From NCBI GenBank assembly GCA_030324005.1, contig JARDVH010000154.1, positions 4,066,362-4,130,361 of the forward strand: a DNA stretch of 64,000 bases. The letters are read 5' to 3'. Below, piece by piece: positions 51,375 through 64,000 of the stretch (position 1 is the first letter of the stretch; every line of letters starts with the position of its first letter). The position numbers and the translations under genes were made by a program. Below the pieces are notes generated by a model. That model had not been told where the DNA came from, ran no database searches, and saw only the letters and a list, made by a program, of their open reading frames with translations. Source of the DNA: Negaprion brevirostris. Taxonomy: Eukaryota.

Positions 51375-51968
51375 TACCAACTCACCAGCTCACTCTCAAC
51401 AACTTTTACAGATGCACCATAGAAAACATTCTTTTTGATTGTATCATTGCTTGGTATGGCTCCTGTTCTGCCCAAGACCGCAAGGAACTACAAAAGGTCA
51501 TGAATGTAGCCCAACCTATCACACAAACCAGTCTCCCATCCACTGACTCTGTCTACACTTCCCGCTGCCTCGGCAAAGCAGCCGGCATAATTAAGGACCC
51601 CCCTCACCCCGGACATTCTCTCTTCCACCTTCTTCCTTCGGGAAAAAGTTACAAAAGTCCAAGGTCCCGTACCGACCGACTCAAGAACAGCNNNNNNNNN
51701 NTCTCTCTTCCACCTTCTTCTGGTGGGGAACAATGATACAAAAGTCTGAGGTCACGTACCAATTGACTCAAGAACAGCTTCTTTCCTACTGCCGTCAGGC
51801 TTTTGAACGGACCTACCTTGCATTAAGTTGATCTTTCTCTACACCCTAACTATAACACTACATTCTGCACTCCCTCCTTCTCTACGTAATGTTATGCTTT
51901 GCCTGTACAGTGCGCAAACAATACTTTTCACTGTTTGTTAATAACGTGATGATAATAAATCAAATCAA
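51375..51968 (+). mobile_element. Rex-Babar-type LINE 3' end
   Basis: FYRCTIE-like ttttacagatgcaccatagaa, IIKDPPHPGHSLFHLLPSG..RTDRLKNS, and an aataaatcaaatcaa tail. Confidence 0.85.
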
Positions 51969-53184
51969 GTATTCCAGGCTTCAGGGAAAGAATACACCCT
52001 CTCGGTATCTCATCGTTAACCATAACAGGATGATTTGCGATCTGATTTCCACAATGGAATTGTCAGCTTATACAATCCGATTAAAAATCAGATTGCCTCC
52101 TGATCATCAGAACAGAAAGCAGTGGCTGCGGTCTCTCCGCTAGGCGGTGACAGTTCACTATATACTCCTGCTCACTAAAAAAGATAAGCTTTATTAGTTT
52201 CAAACAAAAACATGTCATCCAGTCAGAACCAATTTAAACCTTCCCTTTTCTATTACAAAGGCCATACATGTAATACCAGTTAAAAAGGGTGTTGTAATTG
52301 AAGATTTCTATTGCCTCCCCACTCTTTTGCAAGATATTCAAATTTAAAATCATATAAATACATTTTAAAAAAAGCAAACCATTTTAGTAATTTGATGCAG
52401 AATATCTCAGCGATTTCCACCATCAGTATACAAAATTCATCTTTTAAACACCAGACGTCTGTTGTAGTTCAACTGGTTCAGATATAAAAATACTTTGGCT
52501 TTAGTACCTTTGTAACATTGAAAGGTTAGATACATTCAGGGTGGCTATTAAAGAACAAAAGTGCCTTTAGTTGAGATATGTAGCCAGGAACACAACTCCC
52601 CCATGTTCCTCCACACCAGCAAAAGAAGTGTTCCATTCACTTTCCCCCTTCAACCATTTAGGTCCACAGTTCTGTAACCCTGTTCAAATGTACACAAGGT
52701 AGAGTATTGGTTGAAGTTATTCATTCTCTGTTTGGTCCAGTTGACCCAGGAATCAAATATTCAGCAATGTGCCACGGTTCCATAGATTCCAGTTTTTCCT
52801 GTGAAAATGCTCAGTTTTGCTGTCACACGGTTTCATTGCCAAGACGCACGGTTTTGAAGACAGAGCTTAGGGCCACAAGCCTGGGCAGTGGCCGATTCAC
52901 ATTTCCGCTGCATTTACTCACCCTTCCGGCGCTCCGAACCAGCTAAAATCGGTCAGTCTTGAAAGCTGACCGAGTATTTGCAGCGTTTTGGCGGAGGAAG
53001 TTCCTGGCTTGCTTGTGGGTGGAAAACGTGATTAGATTCTTGAACGGCCTGGCTCAAGGGCATCAGAGAGCTATTGCCCCCCCCNNNNNNNNNNNNNNNN
53101 NNNNNNNNNNNNNNNNNNNNNNNNNNNNNNNNNNNNNNNNNNNNNNNNNNNNNNNNNNNNNNNNNNNNNNNNNNNNNNNNNNNN

Positions 53185-53757
53185 GTATCCCAGGCACTAT
53201 GGACATTCCCAGTTCTATCTTCTTCCGTCAGGAAAAAGATACAAAAGTCTGAGGTCACGTACCAACCGACTCAAGGGTGGCATGGTGGCACAGTGGTTAG
53301 CACTGCTGTCTCACAGCACCAGGGAGCTGGGTTTGATTCCTGGCTCAGGTCACTGAGCAGAATCTGCACATTTTCCCCGTGTCTGTAGGGGTTTCCTCCG
53401 GGTGCTCCACTTTCCTCCCACAGTCTGAACAACGTGCAGGTTAGGTGCATTGGCCATGCTAAATTCTCCCTCAATGAAACTGAACAGGTGCTGGAGTGTG
53501 GCGACGCAGGGATTTTCACAGTAAATGAAAATTCACTTGTGATTAATGTGTAAACTTTAAGCTTCTTCCCTGCTGGACCTACCTTGCATTAAGTTGATCT
53601 TTCGCTACACTCTAGCTATGACTGTAACACTACAATCTGCACTGTCTCGTTTCCTTCTCAATAAATGGTATACTTTGTCTGCGTAGTGTATGCAAGAAAC
53701 AATATGTTTCACTGTATACTAATATATATGACAATAATAAATCAAATCAAATCAAAA
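53185..53757 (+). mobile_element. Rex-Babar LINE 3' end interrupted by an HE1-type SINE (53275-~53560)
   Basis: The same 3' sequence as 51620-51960, split by a ggtggcacagtggttagcactgctg SINE head; (atcaa)n tail. Confidence 0.85.
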
Positions 53758-54350
53758 GCTTTAATGTTGTTCACTAATTTCTTGTGTGAGACTTTGTCAG
53801 ATGCCTTTTGAAAATCCAGATACACAACATCTGCTAGTTCACCAGTGTCCATTCTACTGGTTAATCCTCAAAAAATTCCAGAAGATTTGTCAAGCACGAT
53901 TTCCATTTAGTGAATCCATGCTGACTTGATAGATCCTGTCACCACTTTCCAAATGCTCAGCTATTATATCCTTAATAATTGACTCCAGCATTTTCCCACA
54001 ACTGATGTCAGGCTAACCAATCTATGATTCCCCACTTTCTCTCTTTCTCCTTTTTTTAAAAGGTTGGGTTAATTAGCCAGCGTCCAATCAACTGCAGCTC
54101 TTCCAGAGCCTATAGAATGCTGGAAAATGATCACCAAGGTGTGCACTGTTTCTAGGACCATTTTTCTGAGTATTCAGGAATGGAGAGCATAAGGTCCTGG
54201 GGACTTATCAGACTTCAATCCCATCAATTTCCCCAATACAATTTCCTGGCTAATGAGGATTTATTTCAGTTCCTCCTTCATGCTAGACCCTCTGTTCCCT
54301 AGTATTTCTGGAAGGTTATTTGTGCCCCCCTTAGTGAAGACAGATTCAAA
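53758..54350 (-). mobile_element. CR1 ORF2 internal fragment
   Basis: gccttttgaaaatccagatacacaacatc is the reverse complement of DVVYLDFQKA. Confidence 0.85.
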
Positions 54351-54355
54351 TTATT

Positions 54356-54605
54356 CTTAGCACTGCTGCCTCACAGTACCAGGAATCCGGGTTTGATTCT
54401 GGTGTTGGATATTCTGGTTTCCTCCCACAGTCCAAAGATGTGCAAGTTAGATGGATTGGCCAAGGTAAATTGCCCTTAATAACCCACGATATGCAGGTTA
54501 GATGGATTAGCCATGGTAAATCTTTGGATCTTAGGGGTTACGGGGATAGGAAGGGTAGACGGCCTAGGTGAGAAGCTCTTCTCCTGCACTGTAGGCATTC
54601 TATGA
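54356..54605 (+). mobile_element. HE1-type SINE, internally deleted
   Basis: ttagcactgctgcctcacag head and ctgcactgtaggcattctatg tail. Confidence 0.85.
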
Positions 54606-54704
54606 CATATTTTGGTGTGAAGTTAAGGGGAAGTGAAACGATTCTAAAATTAATTCTAAAATAATTGTCATTTAAAATTTCCTAGTTTTACATTGAAGCA
54701 GAGA

Positions 54705-57060
54705 TAATAGAACCAGGAGTAAGCCATTTGGCCCTTCTATCCTGCTGCACCATTGATTTTAATCACAACTGATCATCAAATTCAGTAACCCCTATATCTT
54801 TTGATTCCTTTAGCCCCAAGAGATATATCTAATTCTTCTTGAAATCACACAATGTTATAGCCCCAATAACTTTCTGTGGTAGTGAATTCCACGGATTCTC
54901 CTCTCTCAGGGTGAAGAGATTTCTCATCACCTCAGTCTTAAAAGGTTTACCCCATATCCTCAAATTATGACCCCTAGTTCTGGACTCCCCCACCATCCTG
55001 AACAGTCTTCCTGAATCTACCCTGTCTAATTCTGTTAGAATTTTATACATTTCTACAAAATCCCCTTTCACTCTCCTAAACTCCAATGCATACAATCCTA
55101 ACCAACTTAGTCTCTTCTCATATGGCAGACCTGCCATCCCTGGATTCCGCCTGGTAAACCTTCCCTGCACTCTTTCTGTAGCAAGGGCATCCTTCCTCAG
55201 ATGAGAACATCAAAACTGTACACGATACTCCAGGTGTGGCTTCACTAACGCCCTGCACAATTGCAGTAAAACAACCCTATTACTATGCTCAAATCCTCTT
55301 GCTATGAATGCCAACATACCATTTGCCTTCTTGGCTGCCTGCTGTACCTGTGCACTTACTTTCAGTGAGCGGTGCATGAGGACACCAAGGTCTCGCTGAG
55401 TATCCACCTCTCTCAATTTGCAACCATTCAAATAATAATCCAACTTCCTATTTTTGCTCCCAAATTGGATAACCTCACATTTATTCACATCATACTGCAT
55501 CTGCCATGCTAATTCCCATCAATCAGCCTGTCCAAATCAGGCTGAAGCCTCTCTGTGCCTTCCTCACAGCTCACCCTCCCATCCAACTTTGTATCATCTG
55601 CAAATTTGGAGATAATACATTTAGTTCTCTCTTCCAAATCATTCATATATAATGTAAACAGACAGTCCTGACTCAGACCTCGGCAATCACCCACTAGTCA
55701 CTGCCTGCCATATAGAAAGATGCCCATTTGTGCTAACTCTTTGTTTTCTATGTGCTAAGCCGTTTTCCATCCCTCTCAAGACAGTATCCACAATCCCATG
55801 CGCTTTAACTTTACATGATAATCTGCTATTTGAGACCTTGTTGAAAGCTTTCTGAAAGTCTAAATAAACCACATCCACCAGTTCTCCTGTTTTCTATTTA
55901 CCCCCCTTTTTNNNNNNNNNNNNNNNNNNNNNNNNNNNNNNNNNNNNNNNNNNNNNNNNNNNNNNNNNNNNNNNNNNNNNNNNNNNNNNNNNNNNNNNNN
56001 NNNNNNNNNNNTTTGCTTAGCAGGCCTACATTAGCTACCCTCTAATATGTAGGAACCAGTTCAGAGTTGAAAGAAATTTGGAAACTGACCACCAGTGGCC
56101 TACTACTTCCATGGTCGTTTCCCTATGTACTCTGGGATGCAGATTATCAAGGCCTAGAGATTTATCTGCCTTCAATCCCAGCAACTTCCCTAAAACCATT
56201 TCTCTACTAATATTGACTTCCTTCAGCTTCTCACTAAAATTCTTTCTCTCAGAACTTCTGGTCTATTATTCAAGTCTTCCTTTGTGAAGACAGAAGCAAA
56301 GTATGAATTTCGTTCCTCAGCCATTTCTTCATTCCCCGTTACAATTCTCGCTTTTCTGATTCTAAATGGCCTATATTGGTTTTTCTCTTTATATACCTAT
56401 AGAGTTTTTACAGTCGGTTTTTTATGTTCCTTGCCAGCGTACTTTCATATTCTACTTTCCCCTTCTTAATCAAACCCTTGGAACTCCTTTGCTGAATTTT
56501 AAACTCCTCTCACTCTCCTTGGGTCTACTGCTTTATCTCACCAATTTGTATGTTTCTTATTTGAATCTAATACTATCCTTATTTTCCTTGTAATCCATGG
56601 TTTGGTCACTGTTCCCTTTCCATTCATGCACCAAACAAGAATAAACAACTTCTGAAGTTCAACTATATGTTCCTTAGATGTCTGCCATTGCCTATCCACT
56701 GTCATTCCTTTCAGTAATGTTTCCCAGTCCATCATAACTAATTCATACCTCATACCATCATACTTACCTTTATTGAGATTAAGGACCCTGGTCTCAGAAT
56801 CAAGTACGTCACTATCCACCTTGACAAAGAATTCTGTCATATTATGGTCACTCATCTCCAAGGATTGCTCACTTCTAGATTGCCAACTAATCTTTTCTCA
56901 TTATCCATTCCAAAATGGCTGACTCCCTTGTTGATTCCTCAATATATTGGTCCAGAAAACTATCTCGTGTTCACTCGAGAAATTCATCCTCTATTGTACT
57001 GTAATAAATTTGATATTCTCAAGCTATATGCAGATTTAAGTCACCCATAATCGCAGATGT
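54705..57060 (-). mobile_element. CR1 LINE ORF2 remnant (RT plus endonuclease-proximal region), multiple frameshifts
   Basis: ORF fragments DVVYLDFQKAFNKV, ISKFADDTKL, LVKPHLEYRVQF, SRTRGHNLRI and SDHNMTEF..KPWIT. Confidence 0.93.
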
Positions 57061-59200
57061 TTCTCCTTCCACCAGAAAGTCAAAAACAAAGACATGAAGA
57101 AACTGGGAAACAAATCTCGTGATTTTCGTGAAAAGTTGAATGGCACAAAGTCCACAACAACATAAAAGGGTATAACATAAAAAGGATTTACAAATTACTT
57201 TTATGAATAAAATTTGACATGTTGTTCATAATTTACTCACAAAATAATCCCACATAAATCACATTTGATTTTGTCTGTTTCTTCCTGTTTGTTCCTGTTG
57301 ACCGCTTCTTTCTAGAATCATTCGATTTTTGTTCTAATCGTCATTTCCTGTAGTCTCGCGGTAAGTCCTCGCGCTTTCCTTTACATTCGAGCGCGATTCT
57401 TGACCCACCTTCCAAGCCCAGCGCTGCGCTACCTGTATTTGTTTCTTTAGATTTCATGAACACATCTTTCAGGTAATATTCGGGTCAATCAAAACCCATG
57501 AAACACGCCATATTCCCCCACCCCGCCTTGCCCTACTAAGCATGTAGGGATAGAATAACTAGGATTAGATTTTCAACATTGGTCATTCGCACCACCCTAA
57601 ACATGATACTTCCTCATTTATACGGAGACCTTGCACTAAACATTTCGCTAAATATCAGACTATTCAGACTTAGTGGTCTAGAAGGGTATAAGATACACTC
57701 ACGCCTACGCCGTTTATGTTCAGGAGCAGGTCGCTAGCTTGAAGCCAGAAGCTCCGCATTAAACATGGCTGACATCTTACCGTGTGCCAAGGGCGTGTTG
57801 GAAGAATTGGTAGGTTGAGAATTAACCTGTCTGGACGCGATACGAACGTACATTCGATGACCATCAAGCTCTCGAGTGGGACTGAAACTCGGAGCTTCTA
57901 GTGCAGATGTAGGTACACTAGTCACTGCCACTTCAGACTATTTCACAAAACTTCAGACTATTTAGACCTAATATAAAATATCACACTTTTTCAATTTGGT
58001 CGTACCATATTAAACCGCAGCTTGTATTTATGACTTCCGTTAATGGAAATAATGAAATCCTGCCAGTTTTCTGGCTGAAGTTAACAATCATCATAGCTGT
58101 AATGTTCAGTCATTACTGATCTTAAGCCATCTCATGCAAATATATTATTGCCAAGGGAGTGAAAAATCCTGAAGTTAGAATTGATGCACTCCCACGTGGA
58201 AGGTAATTAAATGCCCAATAACATCAAACCCAATGCTACGCGTTATATATGAATAATTAATCCATTCTGGTTTATTAGGATCATCTCGAAATATTAAATT
58301 TTCTTTTAAATACATGGGAACCCATAAACAAAGCCATATAAATGCATTTTAAAGGGAAATATGAATTATTTATATGCGGTTGATATATTTTCTCAATCAC
58401 TGTTTCTAATGAATACCTCCTGTCATCTGGTTTCTGCGGTGTTCTCTTGATCTTCGCATACCTGTGGACGTTGACATGCTGTTTTTAAAGTTGTAAATCC
58501 AAATTGGAAATCTGAAATAAATACAGCAAATGTTGGAAATTCGCAGCAGGGTGTTTAAATTACAGTAAAGAGACGAACTGTTCATATTGAATAAGATGTT
58601 CTGAGTGTGTATTTGCAGACATCTGCTTTTATTAGTTTTACAAAGTCACTTTTTTATTGTAAAAAACGGCTAGATGAACGAGGTTTAAAATAACCATTTG
58701 AAGAGTTGAAGTTGAAAGGATCGTCGCTTACTGGAAGATGGAAAAAAATATATTTCCACACAGGACGGTAAGCTTTAAAATTCTGATGAAATATAATTTA
58801 ACAAGAAGAGCAACCATTAAGAAGCACATGACCGTGCTGGACAGCACAACCATTTAATTAAATTCGCCAATTAATTTAGCATTTATTTGAGAAAAGTTAC
58901 GAGAGTCACTTGACCTTGAAATTGCGATATAGAATGAAAGGGTAAGGCTGCGGAGAAATTGCTCTTAGTTTACTATGTAACGGAGCGTTGGATCTGTTTG
59001 AAAGGTCTGTCAATTCCCTCACTAAAGCAGTGGTCAGGAGGAATTCCACGCAGGCTAACACCAGTGCCTTCTGCAGAATTAGCAAACCCGTTGTCTTAAA
59101 TATTCTCCAGTTCCTATTTGCAATTAAAGTGTTTTTAAATGGAATTAAAATTTCGCCGACCACACAAATCAGAGAAAGTTCCGGATTAATCCGTATGCAA

Positions 59201-59538
59201 GGGTGATACGGTGGCACAGTAGTTAGCACTGCTGCCTCACAGTATCAAGAGCCCAAGTTCAGTTCTGGCCTCGGTTGAGGAGCCCGGGTTCAGTTCCAGC
59301 CTCAGTTGACTGTGTTCTGTGTCTACGTAGGTTTCCTCCGAGTGCTCCGGTTTCCACTCATATTCCAAAGATGTACGGGCTAGGTGGATTGGCTATGCTA
59401 AATTGACCCTTAGTGTCAGGGCAATTTGCATGGTAAACACGTGACGTTACAGGGATACGGCCTGGATGGGATTATTGTCGCTGCAAGCTTGATGGGCTCA
59501 ATGGCCTCTTTCTGCATTGTAGGGGTTCTATGTTTCTA
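59201..59538 (+). mobile_element. HE1-type SINE with duplicated B-box segment
   Basis: Typical head and tail; gagcccaagttcagttctggcctcggttga is repeated as gagcccgggttcagttccagcctcagttga. Confidence 0.88.
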
Positions 59539-59871
59539 TAAAACTAAGACAATTCAACAAAAGGTGTCTTTACGCCCTCGTTGTGAGGTTTTCTTAAAGC
59601 ATAATTTTCTGTTGATGGGAAATTAACATGCCATGTAGGTCTGGTTAGTTCACAGAGTAATCTTAACTACTAACCCCCTAACCAAGAAGAAACAAATCAC
59701 CTTTTTACTTATATTATTAAAAAAGGAAGAATAATTCCCACTCTCGGGGTGCAAGTAGTCAAAGAGGACCGATATAATTGGCACAAGGCCAGAGAATTGC
59801 GATGATTTGAAATTTGTTTTGAGAAAGAATGATGGGAACGACTTTCATTGCACTGCCAAGGGGAATTTGGA

Positions 59872-61040
59872 TGAACATAGAACAAAGAACATAGAACAGC
59901 ACAGAACAGTACAGGCCCTTCGGCCCTCGGTGTTGTGCCGAGCTATGTCTGAACCCAAGATCAAGCTATCCCACTCCCNNNNNNNNNNNNNNNNNNNNNN
60001 NNNNNNNNNNNNNNNNNNNNNNNNNNNNNNNNNNNNNNNNNNNNNNNNNNNNNNNNNNNNNNNNNNNNNNNNNNNNNNNNNNNNNNNNNNNNNNNNNNNN
60101 NNNNNNNNNNNNNNNNNNNNNNNNNNNNNNNNNNNNNNNNNNNNNNNNNNNNNNNNNNNNNNNNNNNNNNNNNNNNNNNNNNNNNNNNNNNNNNNNNNNN
60201 NNNNNNNNNNNNNNNNNNNNNNNNNNNNNNNNNNNNNNNNNNNNNNNNNNNNNNNNNNNNNNNNNNNNNNNNNNNNNNNNNNNNNNNNNNNNNNNNNNNN
60301 NNNNNNNNNNNNNNNNNNNNNNNNNNNNNNNNNNNNNNNNNNNNNNNNNNNNNNNNNNNNNNNNNNNNNNNNNNNNNNNNNNNNNNNNNNNNNNNNNNNN
60401 NNNNNNNNNNNNNNNNNNNNNNNNNNNNNNNNNNNNNNNNNNNNNNNNNNNNNNNNNNNNNNNNNNNNNNNNNNNNNNNNNNNNNNNNNNNNNNNNNNNN
60501 NNNNNNNNNNNNNNNNNNNNNNNNNNNNNNNNNNNNNNNNNNNNNNNNNNNNNNNNNNNNNNNNNNNNNNNNNNNNNNNNNNNNNNNNNNNNNNNNNNNN
60601 NNNNNNNNNNNNNNNNNNNNNNNNNNNNNNNNNNNNNNNNNNNNNNNNNNNNNNNNNNNNNNNNNNNNNNNNNNNNNNNNNNNNNNNNNNNNNNNNNNNN
60701 NNNNNNNNNNNNNNNNNNNNNNNNNNNNNNNNNNNNNNNNNNNNNNNNNNNNNNNNNNNNNNNNNNNNNNNNNNNNNNNNNNNNNNNNNNNNNNNNNNNN
60801 NNNNNNNNNNNNNNNNNNNNNNNNNNNNNNNNNNNNNNNNNNNNNNNNNNNNNNNNNNNNNNNNNNNNACTTGAGTGGCAACCTTCAGAGATCTGTGGAT
60901 ATGAACCCCAAGATCTCTTTGTTCCTCCACATTCCTCAGAACCCTACCTTTGACCCTGTAATCCGCATTCAAGTTTGTCCCACCAAAATGAATCACCTCG
61001 CACTTATCAAGGTTAAACTCCGTCTGCCACTTTTCGCCTC
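59872..61040 (-). mobile_element. CR1 LINE 3' region spanning a large gap
   Basis: gaacatagaacaaagaacatagaa tail and IHFGGTN..EQRDLGVHIHRSLKVATQ. Confidence 0.85.
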
Positions 61041-62559
61041 AGCTTTGAATACCTGAAGGGGAGAAATTTGCACTGGTGAAAGAGTGGCGCGGTGTAACTA
61101 AATCGATAGTTCTATCACTTAACAAGCAAGGGCCTGATGGGCCGAATGGTCTCACTCCGTGTTCTGAAATTGCATTACTTCATTGGGCTTTTCTTGCAAC
61201 TTCTGTGAAACCATTGGTCACAGCTGGTTTGAAAACAAACTTTGGAATGAAGAAGAATGAGAGTACATTAACATCAAAACATTGGTTTCAGCTACAGGTT
61301 CGAAGCAACACAGAGAAACATTCTACACATTTCTGTGCCGTAATAGAATTTTGATTTTCTGATTGAGAGATAATGGTTCCTTTTTGTACCATTCAGGATT
61401 GGAACTTTTCACTTCACAACACGTGCTAGGAAAGGCAGGGTCAATGGGGCGTGGAATTTATTTATTTAGCATGTACATAGTCACAGAACCAATCAATATT
61501 CGTGTCAGTGACTAGATAGAGTTTTTAAAGCCAACCTTCAAGTTTAGTCAGCGGATACTCCTGGACAATATGAGTCATTGTTTAGGCTGATCCACAGCTG
61601 CAGCCTGGATGGTCATGGCGCCCTCAGTGATGTTGTGTGACTGCGCAGACGCATTTCAAAGTCTGGAAGCGCTTTAAAAAGGCCCTGTGTTGCTATGGGA
61701 GACGAAAGCCGGGCGGAGGAGCAGTGGGATCTAACGATGAGAAGTGGTTTCTGGTGGATGTTTTCACCTGCCAACACTCCTCCTATAGGTCTTCAGATGC
61801 TACTCCTCAGCGCGCTGGGTTTAACCACATGGGGCGGAATGAAAGAAGATGCACTGCTTGTCGGTGCGGAGGTCATCGAATAAGGGTACGTTCAAGTTAG
61901 AGTAGGTCTTGCCCAATAGCTAACCGGTTGCAATTAAATGCCTGATGGGAGATGGGGCAATGTTTCGCAGGACTGGGAACGGCAGGGGTGGGGGGAGAGG
62001 GGTGGGATGAGTTGGTCGATGAGTACGTGTAGTTATGGTAATTGTTAAGTGAATTTAGTGTGGAGAGAATGGTGCCATACTGAGGTACAGTATTCTGCAG
62101 TTGAGTACGTGTTGCCAATGGATCAGCGTTCTTGTCGCGATAAGCCACTCATCCTTCAAGCAAACCATATTCAACAAGTCTACACTGGAAAAATCCCAGC
62201 ATCATGGAATCCAGAAAACACCAGCAATGTGAAATCTCGCCGTTCCCATGCCGCTGGATCCGCACATTGCATTCTGCAACTCAGTGTTGAGGGATTATCT
62301 ACAGTCAAGAGACACATTGTCAGACCAATAACACGACATCAATGTTAGGTACATACCAGAAACACGTGGCCCATTTGCTGAATCTGGAAGATTCAGGTTT
62401 CGACTTGATGTGCCATTTTACATATCCTAAGCATGGTCGTGCCACACTTAACCAAGAAACCCAATTCATCATTCATGATCTGCAGTGTAACCAGAGACAA
62501 GTTCCCCATTTCTCTATCCTTCTGGATTTGGAAAAATTGGTGAGTGGACAGACGTAATT

Positions 62560-62830
62560 GCAATTGCATTTATTTGGGATCTTCAGCCTAAGAAAACGGC
62601 AGAAGTTACTTTACAGGGGCGTTAACACATTCATTTCTGTGTATGTCTGAAGCACAATTTGACATCAAGCTGCATAGGGAGAAGTTCGGGCATGCGTCTA
62701 AAAGAGGACAAAAGGGGAGGTTTTAGGGAAAACCTCAAAGGAGTGGAGAGGCATGAGGTTGGTTGTAGGGGGAAGGATTCTTCTCACTAAGGTCTAGACA
62801 ACTGATCGTTTGATCGCCATTCGTGCAGTG
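62560..62830 (-). mobile_element. decayed L2 3' end
   Basis: ttgcatttat tail followed by ggaggttttagg...aaaggag..gagagg, an L2-like reverse-strand 3' region. Confidence 0.45.
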
Positions 62831-64000
62831 CTGAAAGTACAGAGACAGAGAAACAGCTGCTCAGCACCATATTAGGACATACATAAACCCACGTAAGGGG
62901 AATGATTAAGGCGTAACTGGAAATAAATGACAATGATTCAATGCCATGTANNNNNNNNNNAAAAGAATATGCTAATGTATCTTCACAGTTAATTACTTTA
63001 ATAAATTAGAATGCTGTCTATTTTGCCTAACGATGCACAAAGGTTTTCAGTTAGATAAAGTCAATATTGCCGTAAAATGAAGAAGCGCCTATTATATCAT
63101 GTTGTCAAAAGTTACCCTATTTCATGGCAGGCTCCGATCTGCTAATTTGTGTTATGACAATTTCGTAAAATATATCTACATATAAATGCGTCATATGAAA
63201 TGAATGTTAACAAGCTGAAAGATGATTTTGGACATTCTTTTAATATACGTGTAAATACCTTATTTTTATATATTGTAGCTAATTGTTATTGTTAAAATTA
63301 TTGCCATTCTTAGTTACATGTATCTAGATACACATTTTTGTTAACGATAAGTGACATCTTATGCAAAAGTGACACAATATTTTCTCAGAATGATTTCGCA
63401 TCTATCCTATCTTCACACGGGGCCAGACTCTCAAGTTATTAAAATGTTTATGATTTTTAATTTTTAAAATGTTTTAATGTTTTAAATGTTCTAATCATTT
63501 TGAAAGTAATAAGCAATCTTGTGAAACAATCGAAGAAAGTGAGTGGGCTGCAGATGATACTGCCGACTTCTGAGCTGCAACACAGATACAGTACATTATT
63601 CCACAACTAACTCAGGAATCATTATTCAAAATTGAAAGTACGAACGACAAATACTTATTTTCTTCATACTCCAAAATAAGTAAATAAAATATCATTATAA
63701 TAGCAATTTCGGACATTAACAGCGAAATCGGACATAAATCAAATCCCCCGAAACAGATCGGAATTGATACAATACATTTTCTACGAATGATTTGGGATAA
63801 GTTTACTTTGTCACATGTGTTGCTTCGGAACGCTGGCTGTAAGTATTTTGAGAAGTTATGCTCATAAAATATAATAGAATTAGCATGCTGCACTATTACG
63901 GCAAACTATTACTTGCACAAATTATAAAATAGTAAATTAATATAACATAATTAACCGTGAAAGTATTTATTTACTTCTTCATTTGATTTCTTTTGCTGAA

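Noticed and set aside
59807-60996. 300-380 aa ORFs
   Set aside because: Almost entirely N-gap; the flanks are CR1 sequence.
10600-64000. Intact HoxB13 or another homeobox gene
   Set aside because: No IWFQNRR-type ORF is visible outside HoxB10; HoxB13 presumably lies beyond the window end, although gaps could hide sequence.

Overview
Eukaryotic vertebrate DNA from a gapped short-read scaffold, almost certainly a shark (HE1-type tRNA-derived SINEs, CR1, L2 and Rex-Babar LINEs, Penelope-type palindromic repeats). The window covers the posterior part of a Hox cluster transcribed on the minus strand. It contains a miR-196a hairpin (347-430) and a two-exon paralogy-group-10 Hox gene, most likely HoxB10 (exon 1 10344-9481, exon 2 4223-3952, about 331 aa after collapsing a gap artefact). 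About 54 kb with no intact Hox11/12/13 gene follows, consistent with the long HoxB10-HoxB13 interval. The first ~21 kb is almost free of young transposons and rich in regulatory-looking motifs; from ~23 kb, and especially 40-63 kb, retroelements dominate. Best leads: a possible decayed Hox11 homeobox at the expected HoxB11 position (~17.6 kb); a dense nuclear-receptor half-site array with a perfect DR0 (~20.8 kb); a candidate in-frame alternative first exon giving a homeodomain-only HoxB10 isoform (~14.1 kb); a stop/non-stop discrepancy at the exon 1 gap; and several decayed hammerhead-ribozyme motifs, one in the HoxB10 intron. Everything was read by eye; repeat boundaries are approximate.
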